A stretch of 64,000 nucleotides of DNA from Eledone cirrhosa (lineage: Eukaryota). A program made the position numbers and the translations under genes. Under the pieces are notes generated by a model. The model did not search any database, was not told the DNA's origin, and saw only the letters and a program-made list of their open reading frames with translations. The first letter of the stretch is position 1, and each line of letters begins with the position of its first letter. The stretch is taken from contig OZ024740.1 of assembly GCA_964016885.1 (NCBI GenBank), forward strand, positions 67,704,001-67,768,000. Direction: 5' to 3'. Below are positions 58,025-64,000 of the stretch, in pieces.

Positions 58025-58826
58025 CAATATGTTGAGAAGGTAACACACCAGAGAGAGATATATAGTGCGTTATCAATAATACAGGTAAAAAAAACCCACC
58101 AGTGAATGGAATCCATAACCTATGAAAGGCAGACTATAGACACGATAATTAAAAATATAAATTAAAGCGTAAATAAATACCTCTATAATTATATATAACA
58201 CAAGTACGAATCCTAAGATATGTTTCACCAAAAATTTCTTGAAAGAAGTGGTCTAGTCTCGGTTCATCAGCGTGTGTAAGGCCATACATTTCAGACAACA
58301 CCAAGATAATTTTAAAATTGGCTGTTTAGCTACACGAGGGAGAGAGAAGTCTAAGCGTGTTTAAGCGCAGTGAACCAGTGGCCTCTGAGGGACGAACTGC
58401 TAGAAAAGGCAGCCCAAAGCCACTCAGAGAGGTGTGCTCAACCAAACAGAGATAGGAAAGACTGTTATTAGGAGCGAAATATCACGATAAATTAACGGAG
58501 GCATAGGCCCTTGCTATTCCCTGTAAATAATGTGTAAATAATTGGTGAAACATATTTTTGGATTTGTACGCGTGTTATATAGTTATAGAGGTATTTATTT
58601 ACGCTTTAATTTATATTTTTAATTATCGTGTCTATAGTCTGCCTTTCATAGGTTATAGATTCCATACACTGGTGGTTTTTTTCCCTGTAGTATTGATAAT
58701 ACACTGTATATCTCTCTCTGGTGTGTTACTTTCTCAACATTGTATTTTAAAGAGCTCAGGATCTCTTCTCCTTTGAGCACATTATTTACAGGGAATAGCG
58801 AGGGCCTATGCCTCCGTTAATTTATT
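58025..58826. mobile_element. Non-coding fold-back element containing an HHR
   Basis: 58030-58231 is inverted at 58542-58740; 58489-58534 is inverted at 58778-58824; TA flanks. Confidence 0.75.
58199..58276 (-). ncRNA. Type I hammerhead, slightly degenerate
   Basis: Reverse complement: CACACG-CTGATGA-ACC...GGT-GAAA-C..ATC(TTAG)GAT..G-TA-CTTGTG; the other arm reads CGCGTG, giving consensus CGTGTG. Confidence 0.6.
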
Positions 58827-58914
58827 GTATATATATATATACATGAATAGATATACATATTGGAACAATATATATATATATATATATACATACATAAATA
58901 CATACATACATATA

Positions 58915-58950
<36 letters not shown>

Positions 58951-58960
58951 TATATATCTT

Positions 58961-61177
58961 TTTAATTCTAGACGAAATCCTCCTTCCAACAAAAATCTAG
59001 TACAATTCGAGGAAGAATTAACTAAAATAATAAAAAATCTTAAATTCAAGAGATACCCTTACAAAGGACAAGAGCACCTTGTAAATCTCAAGAACACAAT
59101 CTCTAACCTAAATTCCTCAAAAAATGTTTTAGTCCACTCTGACAAAACCAATAACTTATATGGTATTTCCAAGGATAATTATAACAACCTTATCCTAAAG
59201 GAACTTAGGAAAAAGTATCGTAAAACCAACCATGAAAATTTAGAATACATAAACCTTGAAGCCTCTGAGATTATGTCAAAACTTGGCATTGAAAAAAAGA
59301 CCGAACCATTCCTCCCAAGAACTCCGAGGATAAATCTCAAGGATCACAAAAACAATTTTCGCACTGAACTACCTGTTAGATTAATTGCCCCCTCTAAATC
59401 TGATCTGGGGGTTGTTAGTAAAGCCATCTTGGATAGAATTATCCCACAGGTTAGTTCTAATTGCTCTTCTTTGAACCTAAATTTATGGTTTGGTACTTCT
59501 GAGGTGATTGGCTGGTTCAACAAATTGGATAATAAAAACAAACTAAAATTTATTCAATTTGATATTACCAGCTACTATTCCTCCATTTCGCCTTCACTTC
59601 TCAATAATGCTCTATCTTTCGCACTTAAATATTATGACATCACCACAGATGAACTTCACATCATCCTCACCGCACGTAAAACCATCCTAGAGTTCAACAA
59701 CGAATATTGGACCAGAGCCGATACCTCTAACAACTTCGACATCACAATGGGAGCATCCGATTCATCCCAATTGACTGATTTAATTGGTATCTTCATTTTG
59801 AACTCTTTGAGTCGGAAAATTCCTCAACTTCGCGGTGGAATTTATCGTGACGATGGACTCTTTACTATCCTAAATTGCAATATAGTTAACCTTAATATTA
59901 TTAAGAACAATATACGTAATCTCTTTAACCAACATAACCTAAAAATTGAATTCGATAATAGTATCAAACTAGCTAATTTCTTGGATGTATCTCTTAATCT
60001 TGACACTGGCCTATATTACCCTTACCATAAAAACAATGAGCACCTAAATTATGTTAACTTTAAATCTAACCATCCTACCAATATCAAGAATGCTATAGTT
60101 AGTAATATTGGAAAAAGAATATCTAACATATCCTCTAATAAAAACATCTTTGATGCTAACGCCAATTACTATAATAACGCACTTTCTAAAGCCGGCTATC
60201 CAGATAAAATCAAATATAGTAAAGAAACAAATTCTAGAAAAACTTACAGTAGAATAATTAATCATGATCATTCCGATAATTTTAATAAAAGACCTAGATA
60301 CAAAAACATAATCTGGTATAATGCTCCTTTCTCCATCTCTATTAATAACAATATTCCTAAATTATTTTTTAGTGCCTTAAATAAATGCTTCCCTCCCTCA
60401 CATATCTATAGTAAAATATTTAACAAACACACCATCAAATTTTCTTATTCCACATCCTCCAATATTTCCAACATCATCTCTAAACACAACAATAAAATAC
60501 TAAATACTAAATCTCTTCCTTCCAACATTGAATTTCATAATAACAGTAATAGTACTCCCGACGTCATTGTAAACCCTAGGCTAACTTGTGTAAACCCAAA
60601 TACAATGTCAAACACAACTTCGCTAAATGTTCATAATCCAACTCTAAATCAAGAAACTACTATTCCTATTATTCCTATCGCAAACAACTTCTCCAATCCA
60701 ATTCCTTCTATAGATAACACTAGGTCACTCATTAATAATCTCTCTAATTGCAACTGCCGCATTAAAAATAAATGTCCTCTCAACAACCATTGTCTCGATA
60801 AAAACTTAATTTATGAATGTAAAATTATAACTAGCACCAATTCCTTCACCTATTTTGGCTCCACTTCCACCTCTTTTAAAGCTCGTCTCTATAATCATCA
60901 TTCATCTTTCAAATACAAACTTAAAAGAACCAACACTGCTCTCCCAGGACTCATATGGTCCTTAAAAGACAAAAACATTAAATATACCATCTTTTGGAAG
61001 AAGGTTTCTTCTGCATCCTCATACTTGAACAGCTCTCTATCTAAAATCTGTAATCTCTGCCTAAATGAAAAATTCACCATTATCTCTAACCTAGATTCTA
61101 TAATAAATAGACGTACAGATTTGTTTTCTATCTGCCTGCATAAATTCCATAGAACTTTTCACAAAGTATACAGTTAA
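58961..61177 (+). CDS. Naiad-like PLE RT + GIY-YIG polyprotein; uninterrupted frame lacking the native start
   Basis: Frame is open 104 codons upstream of ATG 59273 (SDKTNNLY); FDITSYY (A), FDITMGASD (B), GIYRDD (C), CNCR....CPL...CL, LIY..YFGST, CNLC...CLH. Confidence 0.88.
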   Translation, partial: FNSRRNPPSNKNLVQFEEELTKIIKNLKFKRYPYKGQEHLVNLKNTISNLNSSKNVLVHSDKTNNLYGISKDNYNNLILKELRKKYRKTNHENLEYINLEASEIMSKLGIEKKTEPFLPRTPRINLKDHKNNFRTELPVRLIAPSKSDLGVVSKAILDRIIPQVSSNCSSLNLNLWFGTSEVIGWFNKLDNKNKLKFIQFDITSYYSSISPSLLNNALSFALKYYDITTDELHIILTARKTILEFNNEYWTRADTSNNFDITMGASDSSQLTDLIGIFILNSLSRKIPQLRGGIYRDDGLFTILNCNIVNLNIIKNNIRNLFNQHNLKIEFDNSIKLANFLDVSLNLDTGLYYPYHKNNEHLNYVNFKSNHPTNIKNAIVSNIGKRISNISSNKNIFDANANYYNNALSKAGYPDKIKYSKETNSRKTYSRIINHDHSDNFNKRPRYKNIIWYNAPFSISINNNIPKLFFSALNKCFPPSHIYSKIFNKHTIKFSYSTSSNISNIISKHNNKILNTKSLPSNIEFHNNSNSTPDVIVNPRLTCVNPNTMSNTTSLNVHNPTLNQETTIPIIPIANNFSNPIPSIDNTRSLINNLSNCNCRIKNKCPLNNHCLDKNLIYECKIITSTNSFTYFGSTSTSFKARLYNHHSSFKYKLKRTNTALPGLIWSLKDKNIKYTIFWKKVSSASSYLNSSLSKICNLCLNEKFTIISNLDSIINRRTDLFSICLHKFHRTFHKVYS

Positions 61178-62196
61178 TATTCAATTCTTTATCAATTTAG
61201 AATCTTTTCTCAAAGGCACATATACATACACCTCTTTAAAATATACCCATCTTCCTACCATACTTTAAAGGGCATTATACACTCTATAATACTTGTTTAC
61301 TCATTACCCTCATTCTATCTTCACCTTGTAAAATCCTTCATAACATATACATCTGTTTTTTGACGTTAGAATATTCATCCGCAATCATTATTTTTTTCTC
61401 TCTATCATAAAACTTTTTAATCTCAATTTCATCCTTAATTTATTATTTTTTTCTCCCCATCAACGAACTCATTCTTAATACATATTAACTCTTCATTCGC
61501 ATATATTATCAATTCCTCCAATATACAAACTTTAACTTCACATTATTTTTCTCAAATCCTTCTACACACAAACCTTAATAATTTTTCTCTTCGTTAATTT
61601 TGAAATTGCCACAATACTTATCAACATACCCTTTTTTGACGTTAGAATATTCATCCACAATTATTATTTCTTCTCTCTATCTTCATACATAAATTCCCTT
61701 CGTTAATTTTCAAATTCCTTTAATTTATACATTATCTTCCAACGGTTCTCAACCTCTCTCTATGTAAAACAATATATCTTTCTCTCAGTTATAAAAACTA
61801 TCTCTTTCTCTCTATCACCCATCTCTCCCTCTCCACCTTCACTCTCATCTCCTCCCCCTTTTTCTCATCCTCCCCCCCCCCTCCCTAAATAAAATACTTT
61901 TTCCTCGCACATATCCTCCTTTCGTTAATTTTCAAATTTTTTTTAATTTATACATTATCTTCCAACGGTTTTCAACCTCTCTATGTAAAACAATATATCA
62001 CCTCTCAGTTATAAAAACTATCTCTTTCTCTCTATCACCCATCTCTCCCTCTCATCTCCTCCCCTTTTTCACCCCCCCCCTCTCTAAATAAAATATTTTT
62101 CCCAATATCACACATTAATCTAAAACCACTTTTCATATGTTGATTTAAAACTGCACTATCCACAAGTGTTTTTTTAGCCTTCATATCATGTTCTCC

Positions 62197-62267
62197 TGTT
62201 TTATCTGATGAAAACACAAATATTATTGCATGATGATGTTTGTTTTTGAAATGCGCATACTAAAATA
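62197..62267 (+). ncRNA. Type I hammerhead with palindromic stem III
   Basis: TGTTTTAT-CTGATGA-long stem II-GAAA-TGCGCA-TA-CTAAAATA; first stem I pair mismatched. Confidence 0.72.
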
Positions 62268-62297
62268 CATGGAACTCCTTTAACCATCTTTTGATCT

Positions 62298-62374
<77 letters not shown>

Positions 62375-62607
62375 TTAGAAACACACAGATACATGCGGAC
62401 ACACACATATATACATGAATGCATCCGCACCCAACTGTGAGTTAAGGGTGCCAACTTCACCGATGTTGCTCAATGAATGACTGGGACAGACCAATTCAGT
62501 TGAACCAGACTGAACCAGTATCAGAGTTAAAAATACATTATGAAGAGAGAAGAAACATTTAGATATAATTAGTAATAAAATGTATCATACCTAAACTGCT
62601 CCTAAAT

Positions 62608-62697
62608 TCCTCGACTACGTAGTTTCGTGGCATAAAGAAAAACAATATATCATAAAGACATAGAGTCCTTGCGAGGTCTGCCGACTTATCAAGAGGA
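62608..62697 (-). ncRNA. Type I hammerhead, U3:A8 core variant
   Basis: Reverse complement of 63082-63171. Confidence 0.72.
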
Positions 62698-63081
62698 TAC
62701 CTCATTTTACTAGTCTCAAGAACGCGTCTACACGACGTGAGAAAGAATCCCAAAAGGCGGAGGGGGAGATAGTCACGTGATATAACGGCATGTATCTGTG
62801 TGTTTCTAAATATATTGTTAATAACTCCCTCTGGTCGAGCAATCTTTGAAGTGTGGGGACAGCTGGAAAGCTTCCATTACTCATACTTCTCGCCTTCTTC
62901 ACCACCTCTTCTGCGGCCTCGATATAAATACCCCCTCCGCCTCCGTGGTATTTTCTTCGGGGTTATAAGAGGCTTAGCTCTGTTTCTCGACCGTTATATC
63001 GCGTGACTATCTCCCCCTCCGCCTTTTGGGATTCTTTCTCACGTCGTGTAGACGCGTTCTTGAGACTAGTAAAATGAGTTA

Positions 63082-63171
63082 TCCTCTTGATAAGTCGGCA
63101 GACCTCGCAAGGACTCTATGTCTTTATGATATATTGTTTTTCTTTATGCCACGAAACTACGTAGTCGAGGA
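63082..63171 (+). ncRNA. Type I hammerhead, U3:A8 core variant
   Basis: TCCTC-TTGATAA-GT(c)GGCA...TGCCAC-GAAA-CTACGTAG-TC-GAGGA. Confidence 0.75.
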
Positions 63172-63676
63172 ATTTAGGAGCAGTTTAGGTATGATACATT
63201 TTATTACTAATTATATCTAAATGTTTCTTCTCTCTTCATAATGTATTTTTAACTCTGATACTGGTTCAGTCTGGTTCAACTGAATTGGTCTGTCCCAGTC
63301 ATTCATTGAGCAACATCGGTGAAGTTGGCACCCTTAACTCACAGTTGGGTGCGGATGCATTCATGTATATATGTGTGTGTCCACATGTATCTGTGTGTTT
63401 CTAAATATATTGTTAATAACTCCCTCTGGTCGAGCAATCTTTGAAGTGTGGGGACAGCTGGAAAGCTTCCATTACTCATACTTCTCGCCTTCTTCACCAC
63501 CTCTTCTGCGGCCTCGATATAAATACCCCCTCCGCCTCCGTGGTATTTTCTTCGGGGTTATAAGAGGCTTAGCTCTGTTTCTCGACCGTTATATCGCGTG
63601 ACTATCTCCCCCTCCGCCTTTTGGGATTCTTTCTCACGTCGTGTAGACGCGTTCTTGAGACTAGTAAAATGAGGCA

Positions 63677-63766
63677 TCCTCTTGATAAGTCGGCAGACCT
63701 CGCAAGGACTCTATATCTTTATGATATATTGTTTTTGTGTATGCCACGAAACTACGTAGTCGAGGA
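63677..63766 (+). ncRNA. Type I hammerhead, U3:A8 core variant
   Basis: Same core and stems 595 bp downstream; differences are confined to the stem II loop. Confidence 0.75.
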
Positions 63767-63835
63767 ATTTAGGAGCAGTTTAGGTATGATACATTTTATT
63801 ACTAATTATATCTAAATGTTTCTTCTCTCTTCATA

Positions 63836-63927
<92 letters not shown>

Positions 63928-64000
63928 AGATATACATATTGGAACAATATATATATATATATATATAGACATACGTATATACATACATACATACATACAT

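Larger units (their letters stand above)
58961..62303 (+). mobile_element. Naiad-like Penelope element, slightly 5'-truncated
   Basis: Long open ORF, about 1.1-kb 3' UTR with internal duplications, terminal HHR, (TA)n flanks. Confidence 0.92.
62368..63840 (+). mobile_element. Non-coding 595-bp tandem element with inverted partial unit (retrozyme-like)
   Basis: 62790-63384 repeats from 63385; 62368-62787 is inverted; one HHR per unit; TA flanks. Confidence 0.88.

Noticed and set aside
62559-63815. Repeated 64-76 aa ORFs in the 595-bp unit
   Set aside because: Recurrence reflects recent duplication; mostly non-ATG starts and no recognisable motifs

Overview
AT-rich, microsatellite-dense animal DNA; the SINE types and repeat content suggest an octopus or other cephalopod (inference). 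Only one host-gene exon is supportable: the terminal coding exon of a heparan sulfate 3-O-sulfotransferase (18447-19065, +). The rest is mostly mobile DNA, much of it embedded in (TA)n tracts. It includes two Penelope-like element (PLE) families (Neptune-like copies at 0.7-2.6 kb and 54.8-57.8 kb; Naiad-like copies at 40.4-43.6 kb and 59.0-62.3 kb), a deleted mariner, a hAT remnant, RTE and L1/Tx1-like LINE remnants and many tRNA-SINEs. There are also several non-coding tandem or fold-back elements resembling retrozymes. About a dozen type I hammerhead ribozyme (HHR) motifs are readable, including three with a compensated U3:A8 core. The most striking signal is a length-invariant 102-nt motif present five times in three divergent subfamilies. 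It contains all three hammerhead strands in a non-circularly permuted order, with compensatory changes in stem I and a kink-turn-like loop. All RNA structures were assigned by eye and none has been tested for activity.
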